DNA of 48,988 nt from positions 1 through 48,988 of the forward strand of contig DEHX01000097.1 in NCBI GenBank assembly GCA_002352145.1, given 5' to 3'. Positions within the stretch are counted from its first letter, which is position 1; every line of letters starts with the position of its first letter. The stretch comes from Chitinophagaceae bacterium UBA2789. Its GTDB lineage: Bacteria; Bacteroidota; Bacteroidia; Chitinophagales; Chitinophagaceae. Of the stretch, positions 17,907-27,947 are shown piece by piece. Both the position numbers and the translations under genes were made by a program. The notes beneath the pieces were generated by a model. That model ran no database searches and had not been told where the DNA came from. It saw only the letters and a list, made by a program, of their open reading frames with translations.

Positions 17907-19334
17907 TTGCCACACGAAGCCATCTCCGTTTTTGACATTTTTAAAATAGGCGTTGGTCCTTCAAGTTCTCATACGCTGGGGCCCTGGCGGGCGGCACAGC
18001 GGTTTGTGAAAGCTATCAGGGAAAGTAACAGGCTTTATGAAGTGAAATCTGTCAGGGTGTTACTTTATGGCTCCCTGGCCAAAACCGGCAAGGGACATGG
18101 AACTGATGTAGCTGTACAGTTGGGTTTATGCGGTGATGACCCGGTAACATTTGCTGTAGAACAAATCGCATCAAAGATCAGTGACATTGCAACTATGAAG
18201 AAAATCCTCCTGCTGGGTCTGCATGAGGTTGATTTTAATCCTGCAGAAGATATTGAGTTTCTGATTACAGAAAACCTGCCTTATCATCCCAATGCAGTTA
18301 CTTTTCTTGCCGATATGGTTTCTGGTGAATCAATTGCAGAAACTTTTTATTCTATTGGCGGCGGGTTTGTGGTTAAGGAAAATGAGGAGGTTTCAGGCGC
18401 ACAGGACGAACAACTTCCTTTTCCTATTAATACAGCCGATGACCTGTTGCACTGGTGTATAAAAACAGGCATGTCGATAAGTGAGATTGTACTGGAAAAC
18501 GAACATATCTGGAGAAGTGAAGATGAAACCAGGGCAGGTTTGTTGAATATATGGCGGGTCATGAAAGAATGTATATACCGCGGTTGTCACTCACCTGGTA
18601 TGCTTCCCGGAGGATTGAATGTAAAAAGGAGAGGGGCAGAATTAAACAAGAAACTATTAGCCGGAAAATCATACAATGATTACGAATCATGGTTGAAAGC
18701 AATCCGTTCCGGAGGAAATGATTTTAAATACACACTGGACTGGGTTAGTTGTTTTGCCCTGGCAGTTAATGAAGAGAATGCTTCGTTTGGCAGAGTAGTC
18801 ACAGCGCCTACCAATGGGGCAGCAGGAGTGATTCCAGCTGTACTTCAGTATTATATTGCTTTTTGCGATGGGAATAGTGAAGAAAAAATAGTTCATTTTC
18901 TTTTGACTGCGGCAGAGATTGGCAGCATTTTTAAAAAGGGTGCTACACTTTCAGCAGCAATGGGTGGGTGCCAGGCGGAGATCGGCGTTTCTTCAGCTAT
19001 GGCAGCTGCAGGTCTCACAGAATGTATGGGAGGTACACAAAAACAAGTAATGATGGCCTCTGAAATTGCGATGGAACATCATTTGGGCCTTACTTGTGAT
19101 CCGATTGCAGGGCTGGTCCAGGTACCTTGTATTGAGCGAAATACGATGGGAGCTATCAAGGCCATTACTGCATCGCAGTTGGCTTTGCAAAGCACTCCTG
19201 ATTTTGCCAAAGTTTCATTGGATGCAGTGATTAAAACCATGTGGGATACTGCAAAAGACATGGATTTTAAATATAAAGAAACGGCTGACGGAGGTCTGGC
19301 TGTTAATGTACCGCTCAGCTTACCCGAATGCTGA
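17907..19334 (+). CDS. sdaA: L-serine ammonia-lyase, Fe-S dependent, single chain (TTG start)
   Basis: [30 protein letters not shown] and HHLGLTCDP...VPCIERN motifs. Confidence 0.95.
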   Translation: MPHEAISVFDIFKIGVGPSSSHTLGPWRAAQRFVKAIRESNRLYEVKSVRVLLYGSLAKTGKGHGTDVAVQLGLCGDDPVTFAVEQIASKISDIATMKKILLLGLHEVDFNPAEDIEFLITENLPYHPNAVTFLADMVSGESIAETFYSIGGGFVVKENEEVSGAQDEQLPFPINTADDLLHWCIKTGMSISEIVLENEHIWRSEDETRAGLLNIWRVMKECIYRGCHSPGMLPGGLNVKRRGAELNKKLLAGKSYNDYESWLKAIRSGGNDFKYTLDWVSCFALAVNEENASFGRVVTAPTNGAAGVIPAVLQYYIAFCDGNSEEKIVHFLLTAAEIGSIFKKGATLSAAMGGCQAEIGVSSAMAAAGLTECMGGTQKQVMMASEIAMEHHLGLTCDPIAGLVQVPCIERNTMGAIKAITASQLALQSTPDFAKVSLDAVIKTMWDTAKDMDFKYKETADGGLAVNVPLSLPEC

Positions 19335-19367
19335 TTTACTAGTAACTTCCATTAAATATCCCTTACC

Positions 19368-22169
19368 ATGCGGAGACTTTTACTTGCCTGTATCTTTTCA
19401 TCAATTACTTTAATCACTTTTTCTCAACAGTTCGGAGGAAACCCTCCCTCACTTAAGTGGAAACAAATTAGTACAGATACAGTAAGGGTAATTTATCCTG
19501 CCGGACTTGACAGCCATGCACAAAGGGTGGCTTCAGTTGTTCACTACCTTGCTGCCAACAAGCCATTTTCCCTGGGTGATCAATTGAAGAAAGTAGATAT
19601 CGTATTGCAAAACCAGACAACCATCGCTAATGGCTATGTTCAGCTTGGACCTTTTAGAAGTGAGTTCTTTTTAACTCCTGAACCTGTTAATTTTAACCAG
19701 GGAAGTTTAAGCTGGACAGATCAATTGGCATTGCATGAATACAGGCATGTGCAGCAATTCAACAATTTTAATAACGGATTGAGTAAGTTGATGAAAGTGC
19801 TTTTTGGAGAAGATGGTTATACCCTTGCCATTAATGCTTCCATACCCGACTGGTTTTATGAAGGCGATGCTGTGTACCAGGAGACTGCAGTAAGTAAGCA
19901 GGGAAGGGGAAGGCTGCCACTTTTTATGAATGCTTATCCTTCTCTCTGGCAGGCCGGGAAAAAGTACTCCTGGATGAAACTGCGAAACGGTTCTTTAAAA
20001 GATTATGTACCCAACCATTACAACCTTGGCTATTTACTGGTCAATTATGGGTACCAGAAATACGGAATTGATTTTTGGAAAAAAGTAACCCGGGATGCCA
20101 GTGCATATAAAGGTCTATTCTATCCTTTCCAGTCTGCAATAAAAAGACATGCGGGAATTGATTACAAAACCTTCACTAAGCAGGCTTTTGATTTTTATAA
20201 ATTACAAACAGACACAGTAGTAAAGTTTGAAAATTTTTTAATACCTGTTAAGAAGAGTTATGTTACCAGTTATTATTTCCCTTACAATGCCGGGTCGGAT
20301 TCGCTTATTTATCTGAAATCCAGTTACCGGCAGCGACCTGTATTTTACATAAAAGATAAGGAGGGTGAACATCGTCTGAAAACAAGGGATATTTCAATTG
20401 ATGAACAATTCTCCTACAGTAACGGAAAGATTGTTTATTCGGCTTATGAAACAGATGTACGCTGGGGCTGGAGAGATTACGGTGTTATTAAATTATTAGA
20501 TGTAAAAACGGGGAAACAGCAAACGCTGACAAAAAAATCAAAATACTTTACCCCCGATATTTCTTCCGATGGTTCAAAAGTGGTGGCTGTTCAAAATCAC
20601 AATGATGGTAGCAGTGAATTGCATGTGCTTAATACCAGTGATGGAAAGGTTTTGAGGCGTATTCATTCATCTGAGATAGCAGTATTTACGGATCCCAAAT
20701 TTATTGATCAGGATAATCTTGTCACACCAGTAAGACTAAGAGACGGTAAAATGTGCCTGGCAACTGCTGAGATATCCACCGGGAACATTATCCGCCTTAC
20801 TCCGCCAACTTTTAATGTGGTTGGTTATCCATGTGTAAATAATGGAGTCATTTATTTTACGGCCAACTATGAAGGGAATGATGATGTTTTTGCTCTGCGG
20901 CTAAGCGATAAGAAAATATTTAGAATCAGCAACGGCCCCCTTGGCAATTATTATGTGAATGCAGGAAATGGAAAAATTACCTGGTCAGCTTTTACTGCTG
21001 AAGGATATCAATTGAAACAAGTACTGGAAAGTGAAATTGTATGGAATGAAGTTGGTAATGCAGTAATTGAATCATTGAATGAAAAATACCCGGTAAGTCA
21101 TGCTGCTGTGCCTGGTGATATTTTGCTATCCAAAGTGCCTCAGCGGTTTTTTTCCAATGAAAAGTACAAAAAATCAACACGGTTACTGAATTTTCATAGC
21201 TGGAGACCTTATTACTCCGATCCGATCTTTACTTTCTCGTTGTATGGTGAGAATGTACTGAATACGTTACAAACTGAATTGTATTATCTCTATAATGAAA
21301 ACGAAAGAACCAGTGCCGCAGGCTTGAGCATGACATATGGAGCTTTTTTCCCTTTTATCAGTGTGGGAACAGAATACACATTTAACCGGCAGGATGTAAT
21401 TAATAACCATGTTCGCCAATGGGATCAGCTGGATACAAGAGTAGGGTTAAATATACCGTTGAATTATGCAAGCGGCCAGACTTTTAAGAGCTTTAATGCA
21501 GGCAGTAATTATGTGTTAAGAAATGAGTTTAACAAAGGCCAGTTTGCAAACTTATTGGGTAATACTTCTTTTAGCTATCTCCTGCACACCATTTCATGGA
21601 CGCAACAGATACAGAGAGCGGTACAGCATATTTTCCCCCGATTTGCTTATACGGTTTCTGCCAGTCATCGCCATGCAATTACCAGTGTAACCGGTTATCA
21701 ATTCATTGCTAACGGGTCGTTATATGTTCCGGGATTACTTAGTAATCAAAATCTTGTATTCACAGGTTCTTTCCAGCAACGGGATACTTTATCGCAAGTA
21801 GTATTCTCCAATCGCTTTGGTTATTCAAGAGGCTATGAAGGACGTTACTTTTCCCGTATGTGGCGGTTGTCGGCCAATTATCATTTCCCTTTGTGGCATA
21901 CAGACTGGGGATTTGGAAATATTTTGTATCTCCAGCGTATCAGGGCCAATGCATTTTATGATTTTACTAAAGTCTATTCAAGAGATAAAAGGGTGACTGC
22001 CGACCAGAGAAGTGTAGGGGGTGAAATATTCATAGATACCAAATGGTGGAACCAATACCCGTTAACCTTTGGTTTCCGGATTAGCCATATGCTTGACCGT
22101 GACCAGTTTGACGGTTTCAAAGGAACCGTATTTGAATTTGTACTGCCCGTAAGTATTATCCCGAGATAA
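19368..22169 (+). CDS. Exported protein with a gluzincin-type metallopeptidase domain, a TolB/PD40-like beta-propeller and a C-terminal Omp85-like barrel
   Basis: Signal peptide ending TFS-Q. HEYRH followed by WFYEGDAV. PD40-type FTPDISSDGSKVVAV and FTDPKF. Barrel motifs YSRGY, AFYD and RSVGGE. Confidence 0.7.
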   Translation: MRRLLLACIFSSITLITFSQQFGGNPPSLKWKQISTDTVRVIYPAGLDSHAQRVASVVHYLAANKPFSLGDQLKKVDIVLQNQTTIANGYVQLGPFRSEFFLTPEPVNFNQGSLSWTDQLALHEYRHVQQFNNFNNGLSKLMKVLFGEDGYTLAINASIPDWFYEGDAVYQETAVSKQGRGRLPLFMNAYPSLWQAGKKYSWMKLRNGSLKDYVPNHYNLGYLLVNYGYQKYGIDFWKKVTRDASAYKGLFYPFQSAIKRHAGIDYKTFTKQAFDFYKLQTDTVVKFENFLIPVKKSYVTSYYFPYNAGSDSLIYLKSSYRQRPVFYIKDKEGEHRLKTRDISIDEQFSYSNGKIVYSAYETDVRWGWRDYGVIKLLDVKTGKQQTLTKKSKYFTPDISSDGSKVVAVQNHNDGSSELHVLNTSDGKVLRRIHSSEIAVFTDPKFIDQDNLVTPVRLRDGKMCLATAEISTGNIIRLTPPTFNVVGYPCVNNGVIYFTANYEGNDDVFALRLSDKKIFRISNGPLGNYYVNAGNGKITWSAFTAEGYQLKQVLESEIVWNEVGNAVIESLNEKYPVSHAAVPGDILLSKVPQRFFSNEKYKKSTRLLNFHSWRPYYSDPIFTFSLYGENVLNTLQTELYYLYNENERTSAAGLSMTYGAFFPFISVGTEYTFNRQDVINNHVRQWDQLDTRVGLNIPLNYASGQTFKSFNAGSNYVLRNEFNKGQFANLLGNTSFSYLLHTISWTQQIQRAVQHIFPRFAYTVSASHRHAITSVTGYQFIANGSLYVPGLLSNQNLVFTGSFQQRDTLSQVVFSNRFGYSRGYEGRYFSRMWRLSANYHFPLWHTDWGFGNILYLQRIRANAFYDFTKVYSRDKRVTADQRSVGGEIFIDTKWWNQYPLTFGFRISHMLDRDQFDGFKGTVFEFVLPVSIIPR

Positions 22170-22177
22170 GCTATGCT

Positions 22178-24796
22178 TTAAAGAGTTTGAAGACTTTCTT
22201 CAATCACTTTAATCTTGGCTTCCGCATCTGCCTTTTTCTTTCGTTCGATCTCAATGACTTCGGGTTTGGCATTTTGTACAAATCTTTCATTGCTTAATTT
22301 CTTATCTACTGATGCCAGGAATCCTTTCAGATAATCAAGATCTTTTTGCAATTGTAGCTTCTGCGAACTGGTATCAAGTAGTGTTGTTGTTTCAATGAAA
22401 AATTTATCTTTTTGGACTACTACTGTAATGCTATTAGCTATACTACTGTCAGTATAATTAATTGAGGATGCATTAATCTGTTTACACAAAACAGTTTCAA
22501 GCTTTTTATACGCAGCTGTATTCTCAGACTGTATGTGTAATTTAATCGTTTCTTTTGGCTTCAATTGGTTCTTATTTCTGGCATCCCTTATGCCGGAGAT
22601 TACTTCTTTCAGTAAGGAACCATCTGCAAGAATAGCGGTGTCAGCTAATTTTACCGGGTTTAACTGCTTTACTGTAAGATCATCGGCTTGAGCTTTTAGC
22701 TGATGGTATATTTCTTCTGTTACAAATGGCATGAAAGGATGCAGTAATTGCATAAGCTGCTCAAAGAATTCCACTGTTTTTTTATAAACAGCTTTATTGA
22801 TTGGTTGTTCAAATCCCGGCTTTACCCATTCCAGGTACCAACTGCAGAAATCATCCCAAATAAGTGAGTAAACCGTTTTCAATGCTTCGCTGAGCCTGAA
22901 GTCTTTGAACTGGTTATCCAATTCTGTTCTTGCCTGGTTAAGGCGGTGTTCAAACCATTCTACTGCAAAGCTGTTTTCAGCATCTTTTAATTGCCCATCT
23001 GTCTGCCGCCCTTCCCACATTTTCACCAGCTTCAGGGCATTCCACATTTTGTTGATGAAAAATCTACCCTGTTCATTGCCTGCTTCATCCCACATCAGGT
23101 CATTACCGGCAGGAGATGATATCATTATGCCAAAACGAACGGCATCGGCGCCATCTTTCTCAATCATTTCAAGCAAATCGGGTGAATTACCCAACTGCTT
23201 ACTCATTTTTCTGCCGATTTTGTCTCTTACAATACCGGTAAAATAGACTTCGTTAAAAGGTTTCAGGCCCTTGTATTCATAACCAGCCATGATCATCCTG
23301 GCTACCCAGAAAAAGATGATCTCAGGGGCTGTTACCAGTGTATTAGTAGGGTAATAATAGTTAACGTCTTTGTTGCCCGGATTACTATATCCTTTGAATA
23401 CCTCAAAGGTCCAAAGCCAGCTGGAGAACCAGGTATCAAGGCAGTCCTCATCCTGCTTAATTGTGGCATTGTCTATTCCATATAGTTTTTTGAAAAGTTC
23501 CCTTGCTTCTTTTTCCGTGGCAGCAACTACATATCTGCCTTCGGCATCGTACCAGGCCGGTATACGATGTCCCCACCAGAGTTGCCGGGAGATACACCAG
23601 TCTTTGATATTCTCCATCCAGTGTCGGTACAGGTTCTTGAACTTGGAAGGATAAAACTTAATTTCGTCATCCATTACGGCATTTAAAGCCGGTCCGGAAA
23701 TTTTCTTCATGTCAACCCACCATTGCAAAGAAAGACGGGGTTCCACCACTACATCTGTTCTTTCGCTATAACCCACCTCGCTGGTATAGTCCTCAATCTT
23801 TATAATGTGCCCTTTTTCTTCCAGTTCTTTTGCAATCTTCTTGCGGGCTTCAAAACGGTCTTCACCTATGAATATTTCAGCTTGTTCATTAAGCGTTCCG
23901 TCTTCGTTTAGAATGTCAACAACTTCAAGGTTATGCTTTTGTCCAAGCTGGTTGTCATTCATGTCATGAGCAGGTGTCACTTTCAAAGCTCCTGTTCCAA
24001 ATTCCATTGTTACATATTCATCAGTAATAATGGGAATACGTCGGTTGATTAGTGGAACAAAGGCAAATTTGCCATGCAGGTTTTTGTATCTTTCATCTTC
24101 AGGATGCACACAAATGGCAGTATCACCCATGATGGTTTCAGGTCTCACTGTAGCAATTACGATGAATTCGTCACCCGGCACATCTAATTTGTATCTTAAA
24201 TGATATAGCTTTTGCTGTGTTTGTTTACGGATCACCTCTTCATCACTCAAGGCTGTTTTTGCCTTTGGGTCCCAGTTGATCATCCTTTTGCCACGGTAAA
24301 TGAAACCTTTGTTGTATAAATCAATAAAAACATTAATTACAGACTGGTAATAATCAGGATCCATGGTAAAAGTGGTACGGTCCCAATCAAGACTGCATCC
24401 AAGTTTTTTTAATTGCTGCAGGATGATGCCCCCGTATTTTTCTTTCCACTCCCAGGCATATTTTAAAAACTCCTCTCTGCTTAAGGATGATTTGGCAATA
24501 CCCCTGTCCCGGAGCATATGTACCACTTTGGCTTCGGTCGCAATAGAGGCATGGTCTGTACCGGGTACCCAGCAAGCATTTTTTCCCTGCATGCGGGCAC
24601 GACGAATCAATATGTCCTGAATAGTATTATTCAGGCAGTGTCCCATGTGCAGGACACCGGTTACATTAGGTGGTGGGATAACAACTGTATAAGGTTCACG
24701 ATCGTCAGGTTCACTATGAAAATATTTTTTGTCCAGCCAATGCTGGTACCATTTCTGTTCAGCGGCACTGTGGTCAAAATTCTTGCTCAATTCCAT
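22178..24796 (-). CDS. valS: Valyl-tRNA synthetase
   Basis: PPPNVTGVLHMGH (HIGH-like), DWCISRQLWWGH, KMSK motif and C-terminal coiled-coil arm. TATTTTTG box at 24867-24860 on -. Confidence 0.98.
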   Translation of the reverse strand: MELSKNFDHSAAEQKWYQHWLDKKYFHSEPDDREPYTVVIPPPNVTGVLHMGHCLNNTIQDILIRRARMQGKNACWVPGTDHASIATEAKVVHMLRDRGIAKSSLSREEFLKYAWEWKEKYGGIILQQLKKLGCSLDWDRTTFTMDPDYYQSVINVFIDLYNKGFIYRGKRMINWDPKAKTALSDEEVIRKQTQQKLYHLRYKLDVPGDEFIVIATVRPETIMGDTAICVHPEDERYKNLHGKFAFVPLINRRIPIITDEYVTMEFGTGALKVTPAHDMNDNQLGQKHNLEVVDILNEDGTLNEQAEIFIGEDRFEARKKIAKELEEKGHIIKIEDYTSEVGYSERTDVVVEPRLSLQWWVDMKKISGPALNAVMDDEIKFYPSKFKNLYRHWMENIKDWCISRQLWWGHRIPAWYDAEGRYVVAATEKEARELFKKLYGIDNATIKQDEDCLDTWFSSWLWTFEVFKGYSNPGNKDVNYYYPTNTLVTAPEIIFFWVARMIMAGYEYKGLKPFNEVYFTGIVRDKIGRKMSKQLGNSPDLLEMIEKDGADAVRFGIMISSPAGNDLMWDEAGNEQGRFFINKMWNALKLVKMWEGRQTDGQLKDAENSFAVEWFEHRLNQARTELDNQFKDFRLSEALKTVYSLIWDDFCSWYLEWVKPGFEQPINKAVYKKTVEFFEQLMQLLHPFMPFVTEEIYHQLKAQADDLTVKQLNPVKLADTAILADGSLLKEVISGIRDARNKNQLKPKETIKLHIQSENTAAYKKLETVLCKQINASSINYTDSSIANSITVVVQKDKFFIETTTLLDTSSQKLQLQKDLDYLKGFLASVDKKLSNERFVQNAKPEVIEIERKKKADAEAKIKVIEESLQTL

Positions 24797-24910
24797 GCTT
24801 CTCTCTTGAGATTAAATAATGTAATGAAAGCCAGTCGAATGGACTAACGTGTAAGGCCGCAAAAATACCGGGTTTTAAGAAGATGGCGAAACGAAGGATT
24901 GTACAGTTCT

Positions 24911-25342
24911 TTATTCCGGCTGAATCATCCGGGACCTGATTTCTTCACAGATATAAGTATCTCCTTCAAACACCCGGATTATTCCTTCATATATCTCTGT
25001 AAGCGGGGAGGTTTTAGTTAAGTAACCTCTTGCACCAAAACTTATCATTTTTACAGCATAATGAAGTCTGTTACTGACAGAAATACCTATGACTTTTACA
25101 CCAGGAAACTGCTGAACAATTTTTTCTGCTATTATCAGGCCATCAGCCGGCGAATGTGTAAGATCCAGTAATAGTATATCGGGCTGAAGTTCATTGAACA
25201 ATTGTTGGGCAACCAGCCCATCGTTACAATCAGCAAGAATTTTGAACCGGGGATTACTCTCTAATATTTTTCTCCAGGACTTACGGATGGCTGTATGTTC
25301 GTCAGCCAGTATGATACGGATCTCAGGGTTACTACTTTCCAT
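24911..25342 (-). CDS. Stand-alone response regulator receiver (NarL-like REC, no output domain)
   Basis: IILADEH, phospho-acceptor LLLD, conserved Ser (GIS) and GYLTK. The protein ends at 143 aa without an HTH. Confidence 0.85.
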   Translation of the reverse strand: MESSNPEIRIILADEHTAIRKSWRKILESNPRFKILADCNDGLVAQQLFNELQPDILLLDLTHSPADGLIIAEKIVQQFPGVKVIGISVSNRLHYAVKMISFGARGYLTKTSPLTEIYEGIIRVFEGDTYICEEIRSRMIQPE

Positions 25343-25607
25343 TCCTTAACATTTCAAAATGGGTAATACTTTAAAGTTTTGCCGGAATTATTAAGGAGAG
25401 TGGATTTGGGTGGTGGCTCTTAAGATTTATTGGATAGTAAAAATACTGTAAAATAAAAGTAAATACACTATGATAAATTACCAAGTATTTTTTCTATTGT
25501 TTTTAAAAACTACTGATTTACACTTAGATATATAAATATAAGTTTGACTTTTTTAGGCTTCGGCATTAGAGTTATCTTCGCAAAAATCTGCAAAGCGGAA
25601 AAAAATT

Positions 25608-26339
25608 ATGAAGAAAGAAATTGCAAGTTGGCACAGCCCGTCGCTTAACAAAGAAATGCCGATAGCTACTTATGGAGACTATGGGTTTGCCCTTCTACTG
25701 GTTCCAACAGCCGCAGCTGATTACCTTGAATATGAGAGGTTTCAGTTGATGAATCATATTGCACCGTTTATAGAGGCTGGAGTTGTAAAAGTATTTTCTA
25801 TAGACAGTATTAACAACGAAAGCTGGCTAAGCAATACTGTAGACCCCTGGTATAAATCTGTTCGCCACCAACAGTGGAATGACTACGTCTTTAATGAAGT
25901 AGTACCCTTTATCAGAAACAGCACTAGTTCTGAAACACCCATCATCACCTGCGGGGCTTCATTTGGGGCCTTACATAGCATGAACCTGTTTCTGAAAAGG
26001 CCTGACATAATCAATGGCGTAATTGCGATGAGTGGGGTTTACGATCTTACTGAGTACACGAAGGGGCATTATGATGATCATGTTTATTTCAATAGTCCTA
26101 TGCATTATATGCCCAATATGACCGATCATAATATACTGGAGCAGATACGTCGTAGTAAGAATATCCATATTGTAACCGGTAGCGGTTCTTATGAAGACCC
26201 TACATCTAGCGGAAGGTTTGCAAAAATTTTGTATGACAAGAGTATCTGGTATGAACTGGATGTATGGGGAAAGGAATGGCCACACGACTGGGATACATGG
26301 AGAGCCATGTTGCCTCACTATATCGGGTCGAGGTTCTAG
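25608..26339 (+). CDS. Alpha/beta-hydrolase esterase family protein
   Basis: Nucleophile elbow GASFG and C-terminal HDW His motif. TATCTTCG box at 25573-25580. Confidence 0.85.
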   Translation: MKKEIASWHSPSLNKEMPIATYGDYGFALLLVPTAAADYLEYERFQLMNHIAPFIEAGVVKVFSIDSINNESWLSNTVDPWYKSVRHQQWNDYVFNEVVPFIRNSTSSETPIITCGASFGALHSMNLFLKRPDIINGVIAMSGVYDLTEYTKGHYDDHVYFNSPMHYMPNMTDHNILEQIRRSKNIHIVTGSGSYEDPTSSGRFAKILYDKSIWYELDVWGKEWPHDWDTWRAMLPHYIGSRF

Positions 26340-26388
26340 ATGATATGTAAACAAACCACCTGAAGCATCTTTATGCTAAATATGGTTT

Positions 26389-27165
26389 ATGGAAAAGATG
26401 CTTTTCTTTTTCCTGTTAATGCCTTTGATAGGTATTTCCCAATCTGACAAGCATATTACTGCTTTTGAAAAGAACATCCCCGGTTATTTAGGTAAAAGAA
26501 TCTATCTGCCGGAACCCGATTATACCATCGATTTAATTGGAGAGCCAGGTGCTTTAAAAAGAATATTGTTGATAGAAAAGGACTCAGTTTATCGCAAAAT
26601 CTTTACCCGTCAAGTATATGCTAAGGATACACTGCCGGCCATTGATTTTAATACATCTGAGTTGATTTTATACTCTGCCTGTGGGTTTTGCCTCGCAGTT
26701 TGTGATCTAAATTCAGGGCACCAATCCTGTCATCGTCCTGCCTGTAATTATCAATATGCCTGGTTCGTTCGCCAGAAACAAAATAATAAAAGAGTGGCAA
26801 GCGATCAAGAAAAAGTTATGCTAGATGTTTTATATAACAAGCAACCAGGATCATCGTCAAGACAAACTTCATGTCCTTTGTTAAGACATTCCGACTTAGA
26901 AAAACAATTTGAAATCGAAAACAAATCATGCTACCTCTATAAAATTAACAATGATTCGATTTATAACGCTGTTTTTGGATGGTATCGAAAGTATATGCCT
27001 GCATCTGTTCCGGTGATCAATTTTGAAAAACAGGAATTGCTTGTACAGGTATTCTGTCATCAGTGTTTAATTAGATATGTAGTCGACAAGAAATTATGGG
27101 TGAAAAACCCTCCACATCCGGGTCAATGTATATACAGTGCCCGTTGGTTCATAGCTGATAAATGA
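26389..27165 (+). CDS. Exported hypothetical protein with two internal Cys/His repeats
   Basis: Signal peptide ending GIS-Q. Duplicated module, see findings. Confidence 0.7.
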   Translation: MEKMLFFFLLMPLIGISQSDKHITAFEKNIPGYLGKRIYLPEPDYTIDLIGEPGALKRILLIEKDSVYRKIFTRQVYAKDTLPAIDFNTSELILYSACGFCLAVCDLNSGHQSCHRPACNYQYAWFVRQKQNNKRVASDQEKVMLDVLYNKQPGSSSRQTSCPLLRHSDLEKQFEIENKSCYLYKINNDSIYNAVFGWYRKYMPASVPVINFEKQELLVQVFCHQCLIRYVVDKKLWVKNPPHPGQCIYSARWFIADK

Positions 27166-27168
27166 CTA

Positions 27169-27816
27169 TTAAGGAATAAGTTTCCTTATCTGGCATATAA
27201 ACTCTTTTCTGCCGATCATACGGGCCCCAAAACTTTCGAGATATTCAGTATAAACCTGGCAATCGATCAGTTGAACTCCTTCTTCTTTTAGAAGCTGCAA
27301 ATACTTTAGAAAAGCAAAACGAGAAGCATTACTTTGCTTGCTAAACATACTTTCTCCAAAAAATACATTTCCTAGTCTTATACCATAAAGTCCACCAACC
27401 AATTTGTTGCCATTCCATGCTTCTGCACTGTGAGCATATCCCATTTCATGCATTTTACAATAAGCATTTTCCACCTCATCAGTTATCCATGTTCCTGTTT
27501 GTCCGGGTCTTTTTATGTTTTTACATTGGTGAATGACTTCTTTGAATGACCTGTTGATTGTAAACTCAAAATTGGTATTCTTCAATACAGCTTTTGATGT
27601 TTTATTGATTTTAAGTTCATTCGGGAAGAGAACAAAACGGGGGTGAGGGCACCACCAAAGTATTACATCACCTTCATACCATGGAAAAATACCATTCTTG
27701 TACGCAAGAACTAATCGTTCAACAGAAAGATCACCTCCCATAGCAAGCAAGCCGTCAGGTTCGGCTAAATGTACGGGGGGAAAGATGAGTTTCTTATCTT
27801 CTAACGCAAAAATCAC
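27169..27816 (-). CDS. aat: Leucyl/phenylalanyl-tRNA--protein transferase (GTG start)
   Basis: GLLAMGGDL, AYKNGIFPW, TWIT, FFGESMFS...ASR and IDCQ motifs. Start moved to GTG 27816. Confidence 0.94.
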   Translation of the reverse strand: MIFALEDKKLIFPPVHLAEPDGLLAMGGDLSVERLVLAYKNGIFPWYEGDVILWWCPHPRFVLFPNELKINKTSKAVLKNTNFEFTINRSFKEVIHQCKNIKRPGQTGTWITDEVENAYCKMHEMGYAHSAEAWNGNKLVGGLYGIRLGNVFFGESMFSKQSNASRFAFLKYLQLLKEEGVQLIDCQVYTEYLESFGARMIGRKEFICQIRKLIP

Positions 27817-27947
27817 GGATACAAAAATAGCGGACAGCTTTTTTTGACTACTTACATATCTTTGCACCGCTTTAGAATTTTGCCCAACCTGCAATTGGGG
27901 TTCAAAGCCTGTCCCGGTTTTACGGGATGAATTAAAATTCAAATTAT

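Noticed and set aside
24797-24911. Frameshifted LuxR HTH downstream of the receiver domain, or a T-box leader for valS
   Set aside because: The gap is only about 114 nt and contains the valS -7 box. I saw no HTH-like translation and no T-box motif.
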